From a virus (taxonomy: Duplodnaviria > Heunggongvirae > Uroviricota > Caudoviricetes): a DNA stretch of 36,329 bases. Position 1 is the first letter of the stretch. Every line of letters begins with the position of its first letter. Shown here piece after piece: positions 29,781-36,329 of the stretch. Where the stretch lies: IMG/VR virus record IMGVR_UViG_2737471834_000007; one strand, written 5' to 3'. The notes below the pieces were generated by a model. That model ran no database searches, was not told where the DNA came from, and was given only the letters and a program-made list of their open reading frames with translations. A program made the position numbers and the translations under genes.

Positions 29781-29840
29781 AAGCGGTTTTTTTGTGTGTG
29801 CATGATGATCACTCAGTCCGGTAACAGTTCACGGAGCACG
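29781..29840. repeat. Direct repeat copy A (~57-60 bp) at the 3' end of the methyltransferase gene
   Basis: About 85% identical to 30876-30932 by hand alignment (AAGCGGTTTTT..GTGTGTGCATG...ACTCAGTCCGGTA.CAGTTC). Confidence 0.6.
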
Positions 29841-30828
29841 GCGTCAGCTGTTGTTCTGTGGTGTAAGAGGTAAACATCGCGCTGTAAGTTGTATCTCCCG
29901 TCACCGTGCCGCAGTCCGGACAGTAGCCGCCGCCATGGCGACCACAGGCGGCGCACTGTCTCAGGGTGGCGATAACCTCCGGTGCTGGTTTTCGGGTTTT
30001 TGCGCCAACGCTTCGAGGTGCCTGGATGCGGTTCATCCGGTAGCCCTGATAAATGCGCCGGGTTTCCGGTGTGTCGGAGCCGGAAATGGTTATGCTGGTC
30101 ATTCCACCTGTTTCCTGTGAAAGACGGTCAAGCGCTGCTCTCAGGCGAACGTGTTCGTCCTTCGTGAAGGGGTTTTCGTAGGCGGTGAAATTGTCCCGGC
30201 CACTGAATGGCAGGTAAGGGGGATCGCAGTACACGCAAAGCGTACTACCTATGCTGAACAGGTGACTGGCAGTGTTCAGCGTTTTCTGAAAATCGCCATG
30301 AACAAGCAGTGTTCTGGTGCTGTTTGCCTTGTCTGCAAATGCGCGGATTTCCCGTTCAGGGAAGTAGGGAGCCCGGTAGCCACCGAATGGGACATTAAAA
30401 TCCCCTTTTTCATTCACCCGGTACAGGCCATTAAAGCAGTGCCTGTTGAGGTATAAAAACATGGCGGCCAGCCGTAATTCGCGACGGTCGCTTATTCCCG
30501 TGCTCAGGAATGCATGATTCTCTGCATTAAAGGTGTTACGGATAGCGAGATAGTCAGTCCTGTTGTTGTGCTCCAGGAACAGGCCTTTTGCTTCGTTGAT
30601 CAGACTGTCGGTGTTGTCCCGTGCTGCCCGACAGAAATTAATCAGCGCACCATTGGAATCACCCGGGATGTAGCGGCTGTAACTGGTGTTCATGAATACC
30701 GATGCGCCACCCACGAACGGCTCAACCAGGCAGTCAGCTTCTGGCAGGTGCGCCTTCAGTGTGTTCATGATGCGGCTTTTCCCGCCCACCCATTTCAGCG
30801 GTGTGCCGGATAACAGTTCTTTGCTCAT
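29809..30828 (-). CDS. Dam-family N6-adenine DNA methyltransferase (339 aa), orphan
   Basis: AdoMet-binding motif (EPFVGGASVF) N-terminal and catalytic DPPY C-terminal (alpha-class order); Cys-rich C-terminal tail; no restriction endonuclease partner seen. Confidence 0.8.
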   Translation of the reverse strand: MSKELLSGTPLKWVGGKSRIMNTLKAHLPEADCLVEPFVGGASVFMNTSYSRYIPGDSNGALINFCRAARDNTDSLINEAKGLFLEHNNRTDYLAIRNTFNAENHAFLSTGISDRRELRLAAMFLYLNRHCFNGLYRVNEKGDFNVPFGGYRAPYFPEREIRAFADKANSTRTLLVHGDFQKTLNTASHLFSIGSTLCVYCDPPYLPFSGRDNFTAYENPFTKDEHVRLRAALDRLSQETGGMTSITISGSDTPETRRIYQGYRMNRIQAPRSVGAKTRKPAPEVIATLRQCAACGRHGGGYCPDCGTVTGDTTYSAMFTSYTTEQQLTPCSVNCYRTE

Positions 30829-30896
30829 AACGCGGCCTCTTTGTTACAGGTTTCGTGTGCCAACAAATCCCATGAAAGCGGTTTTTGTGTGTGCAT
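30825..30896 (-). CDS. Candidate upstream leader ORF (23 codons) coupled to the methyltransferase start
   Basis: ATG at 30896; its TGA overlaps the methyltransferase ATG (ATGA); lies inside repeat copy B. Confidence 0.25.
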   Translation of the reverse strand: MHTQKPLSWDLLAHETCNKEAAL

Positions 30897-30932
30897 GGCG
30901 ATTACTCAGTCCGGTAGCAGTTCGTACAGCAC
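30876..30932. repeat. Direct repeat copy B, spanning the 3' end of the HTH gene and the methyltransferase leader
   Basis: See copy A. Confidence 0.6.
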
Positions 30933-31460
30933 AATGTCGTCGACAGTGCGGCGGCGACTGTAAAGAAAATATGCTGTGTTAGTGGTCGCTTTTATTTGCA
31001 GTGTGTGATTGATGTGTTTTGCTATCGCGGCGAATGTCATACACTGTTCATCACGTAGTTCTGTTACCAGTTCCACCAGGCGATCGCTGTATCTGGTCAG
31101 GTGGTGCAGATCTCCGCATTTCTGCAGTCTGTAACCACGTTTACTCAGGTGTTCCTGTACTGTGCGACGGGTACATCCCACCATGACTGCCATTTCCTGC
31201 GCTGTTCTGGTGTGACGGTTTCTGATGAGAAAATTGATTTCTTCTCTGCTCAGCGTTTTTCTCTTGCGACCAATTAATCCACGATCACGTAAAACACGAA
31301 TTCTGTGCATAACTGCGCTGCGGGTGCGTTGAATTCGTTCAGCCATCTGGTATGTGCTGTTTTCCTGATAAAGCGAGGTAAGCATCTCGTCTTCCTGCCG
31401 TGTCCATGGTTTCACGTGCGCAGGGGCTTTGCCTGGTATCCCCATTGGTTGAAGTATCAT
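30906..31460 (-). CDS. Putative DNA-binding protein with helix-turn-helix-like segments (184 aa)
   Basis: ACGGAGGT SD; basic segments of HTH character (STYQMAERIQRTRSAVMHRIRVL; RTAQEMAVMVGCTRRTVQEHL). Confidence 0.5.
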   Translation of the reverse strand: MILQPMGIPGKAPAHVKPWTRQEDEMLTSLYQENSTYQMAERIQRTRSAVMHRIRVLRDRGLIGRKRKTLSREEINFLIRNRHTRTAQEMAVMVGCTRRTVQEHLSKRGYRLQKCGDLHHLTRYSDRLVELVTELRDEQCMTFAAIAKHINHTLQIKATTNTAYFLYSRRRTVDDIVLYELLPD

Positions 31461-31486
31461 CGTGATAACCTCCGTGCCTGTGCCGG

Positions 31487-31699
31487 TTATTCGGTCGGGT
31501 TCAGGGTGTAATCAATGGCGTTTTCAATACGGCGTTTAAGCTCGCGGTGGATCTCACCCGGTGTTACTGGTGCGCCAGGACCGCTCAGCGTTGCCGTGAA
31601 GTCGTCGATTTCCTCCATCAGCAGATTGCGGAGTACAGCGATGTGGTGGCGTACATCTTTTCCTGGTTTGCGTGCGTTGGTGGTGTACTTGCTGATCAT
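31487..31699 (-). CDS. Hypothetical small protein (70 aa from MISKY)
   Basis: ATG at 31699 overlaps the upstream stop (ATGA). Confidence 0.4.
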   Translation of the reverse strand: MISKYTTNARKPGKDVRHHIAVLRNLLMEEIDDFTATLSGPGAPVTPGEIHRELKRRIENAIDYTLNPTE

Positions 31700-31947
31700 G
31701 GTTGCAGTTCTCCATAGCCGTGCCTTTCTGATTTCCATGCTCCCCGGATGGTCATCACTTCGCGTACGGTATTTGCGACTGCCGTGATTTGTGTGCTGTC
31801 AGTCAGATGAATGTAGAGATAATCAGCGTCTGACGGGCACGGCGTGGTTGTTGTGATCAAATAACTTTCCACCATGAATTCGCGGCCCACGGCATCGGTG
31901 AAATGCGTCAGCATGGTTCGCCTTGTGGCAGTGAATATGTTGTTCAT
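31696..31947 (-). CDS. Hypothetical small protein (83 aa)
   Basis: AAAGGGG SD 8 nt upstream of the ATG. Confidence 0.45.
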   Translation of the reverse strand: MNNIFTATRRTMLTHFTDAVGREFMVESYLITTTTPCPSDADYLYIHLTDSTQITAVANTVREVMTIRGAWKSERHGYGELQP

Positions 31948-31959
31948 CGTCCCGCCCCT

Positions 31960-32238
31960 TTATGCTGAAAAGCGACCTGACTGTGCCCGGAGTTCTGCCA
32001 GTTCGCGCTCAAGGCGGAGGGTTTTCGCATGGAGTGCGCCGATGATGTTGTTTGCTGACGTCATGAGCATGTTTTCTATTTGCACCGTCTGGCTGACAAA
32101 AAATGATGGGCTGTTATCGTCGTCCATTTCCGATAGCAATTTCTTTCTTGCATTAATCAGTTCTGCCAGCGCTTTTTGTGTGGCTGTGATAACTTCCTTG
32201 CTGGTGAACATTTCGCTGATTTTTTCATTGCTGCACAT
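31960..32238 (-). CDS. Hypothetical coiled-coil protein (92 aa)
   Basis: GGAG SD; helix-prone C-terminus. Confidence 0.45.
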   Translation of the reverse strand: MCSNEKISEMFTSKEVITATQKALAELINARKKLLSEMDDDNSPSFFVSQTVQIENMLMTSANNIIGALHAKTLRLERELAELRAQSGRFSA

Positions 32239-32319
32239 TGTTCTTTCTCCGTTTTAAAGGTGAGTGAATCTCTCCGCTGTTGCGGATTGTTTGCTGGTTT
32301 TCCTGTTTAATCTGGCGTT

Positions 32320-32445
32320 TTATTTACGGCGTTTTTCGCCAGTAAATAATGATTCGATATCTTTTACGGAATCAACAATTCTTACGATGCCAATCGCGCA
32401 GAGCACGGAAATAATAAGAATCAGCCATGAGATAAATATATTCAT
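32320..32445 (-). CDS. Hidden small membrane peptide (about 41 aa), below the ORF-track size cutoff
   Basis: MNIFISWLILIISVLCAIGIVRIVDSVKDIESLFTGEKRRK: one transmembrane segment and a basic C-terminus; ATG overlaps the upstream stop (ATGA). Confidence 0.4.
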   Translation of the reverse strand: MNIFISWLILIISVLCAIGIVRIVDSVKDIESLFTGEKRRK

Positions 32446-32687
32446 GCTGCCACCTGTGAATAATAAGGTTCGATAATGTCAGAACCGTTAAACAGTTCTG
32501 CCACAATGCTTTTTAATTCTTCCTGTGCTTCTTTGTCGTCGCTGGCAAAGGCGTGAATAAACAGTCCATAGATAGCCTGTTCCATTAATTCGCGTGCGGT
32601 TACGTCTTCCTTCACTCCCAGCTCTGCCAGGCGGAAGTGATAACGTTCCAGTGCATGGTTCACCAGTGTTTTATAGGCTTCGTTCAT
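32442..32687 (-). CDS. Hypothetical small acidic protein (81 aa)
   Basis: GGAGGA SD 8 nt upstream of the ATG. Confidence 0.5.
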   Translation of the reverse strand: MNEAYKTLVNHALERYHFRLAELGVKEDVTARELMEQAIYGLFIHAFASDDKEAQEELKSIVAELFNGSDIIEPYYSQVAA

Positions 32688-32706
32688 GGTCTGAATCCTC
32701 CGTTTA

Positions 32707-33186
32707 TCACCTGCGATATTGAGGATGCTGAAAACTACGACCGCTGATTAATCGGTCTGCTGTTCTTAATGCTTCGTGCAATGTGAAATCCTGTCCGAAC
32801 TGATCATCACCGCGAGTCAGGTAATAACAGGTGTTTCCGGTAATCGGGTTGCGTGCGCCTCTGTGTATGACAATTCCGGCATCATTAATCAGCCAGGTGT
32901 GTTTACCTGTTTGTTTAACCAGATACCCGTCAGGTGTGGCGTGTGTTTCCTGCAGGCTGTAGCGTTTTGTGCTGGCAGCACTGGTGGAGAAACGGTTAGC
33001 GTGGCGTTCTGCATTGCTGCGGAAGCGCTGCTGTGAAGAATTGTGCTGTTGCTTCATACAAAAATATCCCGCTGTTGTTGCGAATTTGTGCCGGGTTTTA
33101 GCCATGCCCGGCGCATGGTTTTGTGGTATTTTTCCACCGCCTGCAGTCTTGAAGGGGCTGTGAATGGCGCGTGTTTTACTAACCAC
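32707..33186 (-). CDS. Hypothetical protein (start uncertain; candidates at GTG 33186, ATG 33105 and ATG 33057)
   Basis: Open frame only; no candidate start has a clear SD. Confidence 0.35.
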   Translation of the reverse strand: MVSKTRAIHSPFKTAGGGKIPQNHAPGMAKTRHKFATTAGYFCMKQQHNSSQQRFRSNAERHANRFSTSAASTKRYSLQETHATPDGYLVKQTGKHTWLINDAGIVIHRGARNPITGNTCYYLTRGDDQFGQDFTLHEALRTADRLISGRSFQHPQYRR

Positions 33187-33199
33187 AAAGGAATAAAAT

Positions 33200-33382
33200 A
33201 TGTCCTATGATGAAAAGGTTATTGATGCGCTAAATGCGGCAATTTCTGTATTAGAGAAAGCGCCGGTTAATCCTCCGAATAAAGGAGAACCATCAAATAC
33301 CATTCGTAAGCTTATGCGCGAAGTGCGTAAACTCACGCTAAAAAAATATCCTCAGGCAAGCAAATATATTTTTCCTGATTAA
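33200..33382 (+). CDS. Small + strand protein (60 aa) convergent with the early operon
   Basis: AAGGAA SD 6 nt upstream of the ATG; its stop overlaps the stop of the convergent 135-aa gene (TTAA). Confidence 0.4.
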   Translation: MSYDEKVIDALNAAISVLEKAPVNPPNKGEPSNTIRKLMREVRKLTLKKYPQASKYIFPD

Positions 33383-33786
33383 TTAACTTCTGTGCCGGAG
33401 ATTTTCTCTGGCACATTTCCGACCTCAATAACCATGTTGTCATTACTTAAAATTTGCCGATAAAGTTCAAAGGCTTCTTCTGCAGGGAAACGGAGCATGA
33501 CACCGCATGCAGGTTCTAAAATCATTCCAATAGTTCCTTTAGCATCGTCACGACAAAAATGGCCGTATTCATCGTCAGGATGCAGGATGACATCTTTCAA
33601 ATCTTCGCCATTCTGAAGCTTTGATTTTAATGCCATCAGACCAGCGAACGTTCTGTGTAATTCGTGGTAGTCAACGCTGATTTCAATCTGCGGTTTTCCC
33701 GGGAAAACCAGCAAAAGCTTCTGGTGTGGTTTTTCGTTTTTCAGATTTTCCAGTTGTTCCAGTAGTACTTCATCTTCGTGATTCAT
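33379..33786 (-). CDS. Hypothetical early protein (135 aa)
   Basis: AAAAGAGG SD upstream of the ATG; acidic; first gene after the Cox-like gene. Confidence 0.5.
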   Translation of the reverse strand: MNHEDEVLLEQLENLKNEKPHQKLLLVFPGKPQIEISVDYHELHRTFAGLMALKSKLQNGEDLKDVILHPDDEYGHFCRDDAKGTIGMILEPACGVMLRFPAEEAFELYRQILSNDNMVIEVGNVPEKISGTEVN

Positions 33787-33890
33787 TCTACTGTTACCTC
33801 TTTTAACTCATTCAGGCAGTGTGATATAGCCCACTAACTGCCCGTGTTTGAAATAACGGCGACGAAAATAATGTGTTAACAATAAAGCAA

Positions 33891-34250
33891 TCATGCGGCC
33901 CTCGCTTTTTTAGTTCTGCTTCGTTCGCTATGTGTTGGCTTAAATAAAAACAGACGGTTTTCCCAGTCGTGCCATTCTTGTGGAGCATTTTCGATCAAGC
34001 GATCACATGCTTCATCCCACGCTTTTCTGTTGATGTAGAGTTCAGCGTTTCCGCCTGGTTTGAGAGGGTCTGCCATATACACGGCTGGCAATTTCCCTGC
34101 TTTAGCCATGCTCACAATGGCGTTAACTGTTTTGCCGATATACATCGCAAACCCTTCTTTTGACAGGAGATGCGAGGGATTTTCTGAAAGTCGAATTTCT
34201 TCACGTTCACGTGCTTTGCGTCCTGTTTTTTGATACTCCCCCTCTGGCAT
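33891..34250 (-). CDS. Cox/Apl-like excisionase/transcriptional regulator (start uncertain: 34250, 34145 or GTG 34355)
   Basis: YIGKTVNAIVSMAKAGKLPAVYMADP resembles P2 Cox (LIGKSTGAVRRMIDKGKLPVIDMTDP) as recalled from memory; divergent from the C repressor gene. Confidence 0.55.
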   Translation of the reverse strand: MPEGEYQKTGRKAREREEIRLSENPSHLLSKEGFAMYIGKTVNAIVSMAKAGKLPAVYMADPLKPGGNAELYINRKAWDEACDRLIENAPQEWHDWENRLFLFKPTHSERSRTKKARAA

Positions 34251-34430
34251 TTCTGACAGGTGATCGCATCGTGTTCCGCAAAGTGACTCAGGCGCGTTTT
34301 GAGTGCTTTCTTGCATCTGATATCCTCCGCCATTGGTGCTCTTTCTAATTGGCACTAGTTGGAACCACTTAGAACATTTGTTTGCTGTTAATATGTGGTG
34401 TTAATCTACACATATGTAGGAGTTTGTCAA
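34251..34430. promoter_or_regulatory. Lysis-lysogeny switch region between the cox-like and C genes, with candidate operator repeats
   Basis: Inverted repeat ATATGTG-N11-CACATAT (34391-34415) and repeated GTTAAT elements just upstream of the C start. Confidence 0.45.
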
Positions 34431-34724
34431 ATGGACATTCCGCAAAAAATTCGCGTCATGCGCAAATCTGAAGATCTCACTCAGCGGGAATTCGCTGATA
34501 TGATTGGAATTTCTTATTCTGCTCTGACCAGTTATGAGTATGGTCGTAACCTTCCTGGCCTTGAGATCACTATCAAGCTTTTCAAGCACCCGAGATTTTC
34601 TAAATACCGCGACTGGTTTTTGTTCGATGAGGTCGAACCAAAGGCCGGGCAGGTGGTACCGGCTCTCGCACACATTGGGCAAAGCGAAGCGGAATCGTCC
34701 CGCTCCGGCAAGAAGACTGGCTAA
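34431..34724 (+). CDS. C: Immunity repressor, P2 C-like (97 aa from the ATG at 34431)
   Basis: C-terminal PALAHIGQSEAESSRSGKKTG matches P2 C (PALAHFGQ...SGQKTG) as recalled from memory; HTH segment near the N-terminus; AGGAG SD. Confidence 0.7.
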   Translation: MDIPQKIRVMRKSEDLTQREFADMIGISYSALTSYEYGRNLPGLEITIKLFKHPRFSKYRDWFLFDEVEPKAGQVVPALAHIGQSEAESSRSGKKTG

Positions 34725-34790
34725 CGGTCCATCTGGCCTTTATTTCTCAAAATTGTGATCAAGATGATGTTTTCATTGGGGGGCTTCCTT

Positions 34791-35801
34791 ATGTCGATTA
34801 AGAAGCTCGCTGATGGCAAATACTGTGTGGACGTGCGGCCTGCTGGATCTGAAGGAAGAAGATTTCGGCGGCGATTTCCTACCCGTGGTGAAGCGGCGAT
34901 GTATGAACGCCATGTTCTGACGCATTATCACGATAAGGACTGGGTAGAAAAACCCATTGAACGTAAAGCGTTAAGCGATCTTCTGGAACTGTGGTGGGTG
35001 TACCACGGTAAGAATCATCGTTATGGCGCGATGAATCGGGTCAGAATTGAAGCGGTTCTTCGTGATATGCGAGAGCTTGGTATTAACAGAAGTGACCATT
35101 TAACCCGAAAAAATATTATCAGATATCGCCTTGAATTAATGAATCGTGGAATTAAGCAGTCAACGGTAAATCGTTATTGCGCAATGATGAGCGGTTTCTT
35201 TGAAAAGCTGATTGATGTTGAAGAGTTTGTGGGTGATAACCCATTTCACGAGATACGCAAGCTAACAATTAATCAGCCTGAAATGGCTTATCTTGCACAT
35301 GATGATATTCCCAGGCTAACCGCGCTTTTATCTGGCGATAATCTTAAGGCTGTATTGTTAAGCCTGGCCACTGGCGGTCGTTGGGGTGAAGTTGCCAATA
35401 TTAAAGGTGAACACATAATTGGTGGGAAGGTTATTTTCATGGAGACAAAGAATGGATCTAGGCGGGTTATTCCTATAGCTAAAGATCTTGAATCTCTGAT
35501 TAAAGTAAAGGCGACGGGAAGATTAATAAAACCCAGTTATGCAACTGTCAGGAGTGCGATAAGGAGTGTTCGACCTGATTTGCCAGTCGGTCAGTCTGTG
35601 CATGTTTTACGACACACATTTGCAACTCATTTTATGATTAATGGGGGGAATATTATTACCCTGCAGCGTATTTTAGGACATAGCACAATCCAGCAAACAA
35701 TGACCTATGCGCACTTTGCACCTGATTATCTCCAGGATGCGGTAAGGTTCAATCCTGTCGCGGAGTTGTCCAGATATTGTCCACAAATAGGGACTAAATA
35801 G
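34791..35801 (+). CDS. int: Tyrosine integrase, P2 Int-like (336 aa from the ATG at 34791; track ORF starts at GTG 34755)
   Basis: MSIKKLADGKYCVDVRP matches the P2 Int N-terminus (MAIKKLDDGRYEVDIRP) as recalled from memory; catalytic HVLRHTFATHFMINGG and LGHSTIQQTMTYAHFAPDYLQDA motifs. Confidence 0.85.
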   Translation: MSIKKLADGKYCVDVRPAGSEGRRFRRRFPTRGEAAMYERHVLTHYHDKDWVEKPIERKALSDLLELWWVYHGKNHRYGAMNRVRIEAVLRDMRELGINRSDHLTRKNIIRYRLELMNRGIKQSTVNRYCAMMSGFFEKLIDVEEFVGDNPFHEIRKLTINQPEMAYLAHDDIPRLTALLSGDNLKAVLLSLATGGRWGEVANIKGEHIIGGKVIFMETKNGSRRVIPIAKDLESLIKVKATGRLIKPSYATVRSAIRSVRPDLPVGQSVHVLRHTFATHFMINGGNIITLQRILGHSTIQQTMTYAHFAPDYLQDAVRFNPVAELSRYCPQIGTK

Positions 35802-35877
35802 GTCTACTTAGAATGATGTTGATTAGTTTAACTTATTGATATGTCAAGGGGATGCCGGTATTTCCGGCCCCCTTCAT

Positions 35878-35901
35878 GCCACCTTCGGGTGGCGTTGTTT
35901 T
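35878..35901 (+). terminator. Intrinsic terminator downstream of int
   Basis: GCCACC-TTCG-GGTGGC followed by GTTGTTTTAT. Confidence 0.5.
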
Positions 35902-36046
35902 ATGCGATGTATCTCGCGATTTTTTTTTGTAACTTTTCCATCTTTTGCTTTTCTCTCCGAGCCGCTTTCCATATCTGCAATCGCATAAAAAACTCTGCTG
36001 GCGTTCACAAATGTGCAGGGGTAAAACGTTTCCTGTAGCACCGTGA

Positions 36047-36063
36047 GTTATACTTTGTATAAC
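36047..36063. promoter_or_regulatory. Palindromic operator in the chpS promoter
   Basis: Perfect palindrome GTTATAC-TTT-GTATAAC overlapping a TATACT -10-like hexamer, upstream of AAGGAGG and the chpS ATG. Confidence 0.55.
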
Positions 36064-36077
36064 TTAAGGAGGTGCAG

Positions 36078-36329
36078 ATGCGTATTACCATAAAAAGATG
36101 GGGGAACAGTGCAGGTATGGTCATTCCCAATATCGTAATGAAAGAACTTAACTTACAGCCGGGGCAGAGCGTGGAAGCGCAGGTGAGCAACAACCAACTG
36201 ATTCTGACACCCATCTCCAGGCGCTACTCGCTTGATGAACTGCTGGCACAGTGTGACATGAACGCCGCGGAACTTAGCGAGCAGGATGTCTGGGGTAAAT
36301 CCACCCCTGCGGGTGACGAAATATGGTAA
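36078..36329 (+). CDS. chpS: ChpS (ChpBI) antitoxin of the chpSB toxin-antitoxin pair (host gene); the chpB start codon overlaps its stop at 36324
   Basis: MRITIKRWGNSAGMVIPNIVMKELNLQPGQ...GDEIW is the MazE-type AbrB-fold antitoxin ChpS; AAGGAGG SD; terminal ATGGTAA gives the overlapping chpB start. Confidence 0.85.
   Translation: MRITIKRWGNSAGMVIPNIVMKELNLQPGQSVEAQVSNNQLILTPISRRYSLDELLAQCDMNAAELSEQDVWGKSTPAGDEIW

Noticed and set aside
29183-29812. 209-aa ORF on the - strand spanning the GC-rich gap
   Set aside because: Ser/Thr/Pro/Arg-rich low-complexity translation that overlaps two better-supported genes; consistent with a chance open frame in GC-rich non-coding DNA.

Overview
The window is almost entirely a P2-like (peduovirus-type) temperate myovirus prophage, integrated immediately upstream of the host chpS-chpB toxin-antitoxin operon; all assignments are from reading the translations and DNA by eye, with no database search. 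From right to left: chpS (+), integrase and C-type repressor (+), then a leftward early operon (Cox-like protein, small unknown genes, a Dam-family methyltransferase, the gpA-like replication initiator and two coupled unknown genes). A convergent terminator separates this from an Ogr-like zinc-finger activator, portal and large terminase on the + strand. Leftward again run scaffold, capsid, small terminase, head completion, sheath, tube, holin, endolysin, a frameshifted tail chaperone, tape measure, baseplate proteins, two tail fibre plus chaperone modules, and a distal block ending in a spike-like protein. The head, replication and immunity genes look P2-like, but the tail module is not P2-ordered. 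The most interesting items are: a hidden Hok-family toxin gene and an uncharacterised two-gene cargo operon (secreted protein plus partner) at the left end; a methyltransferase flanked by ~57-bp direct repeats; a -1 frameshift site at the chaperone stop codon; and the displaced spike block. The left prophage boundary and the att core could not be resolved. Hand-derived coordinates may be off by 1-2 nt.
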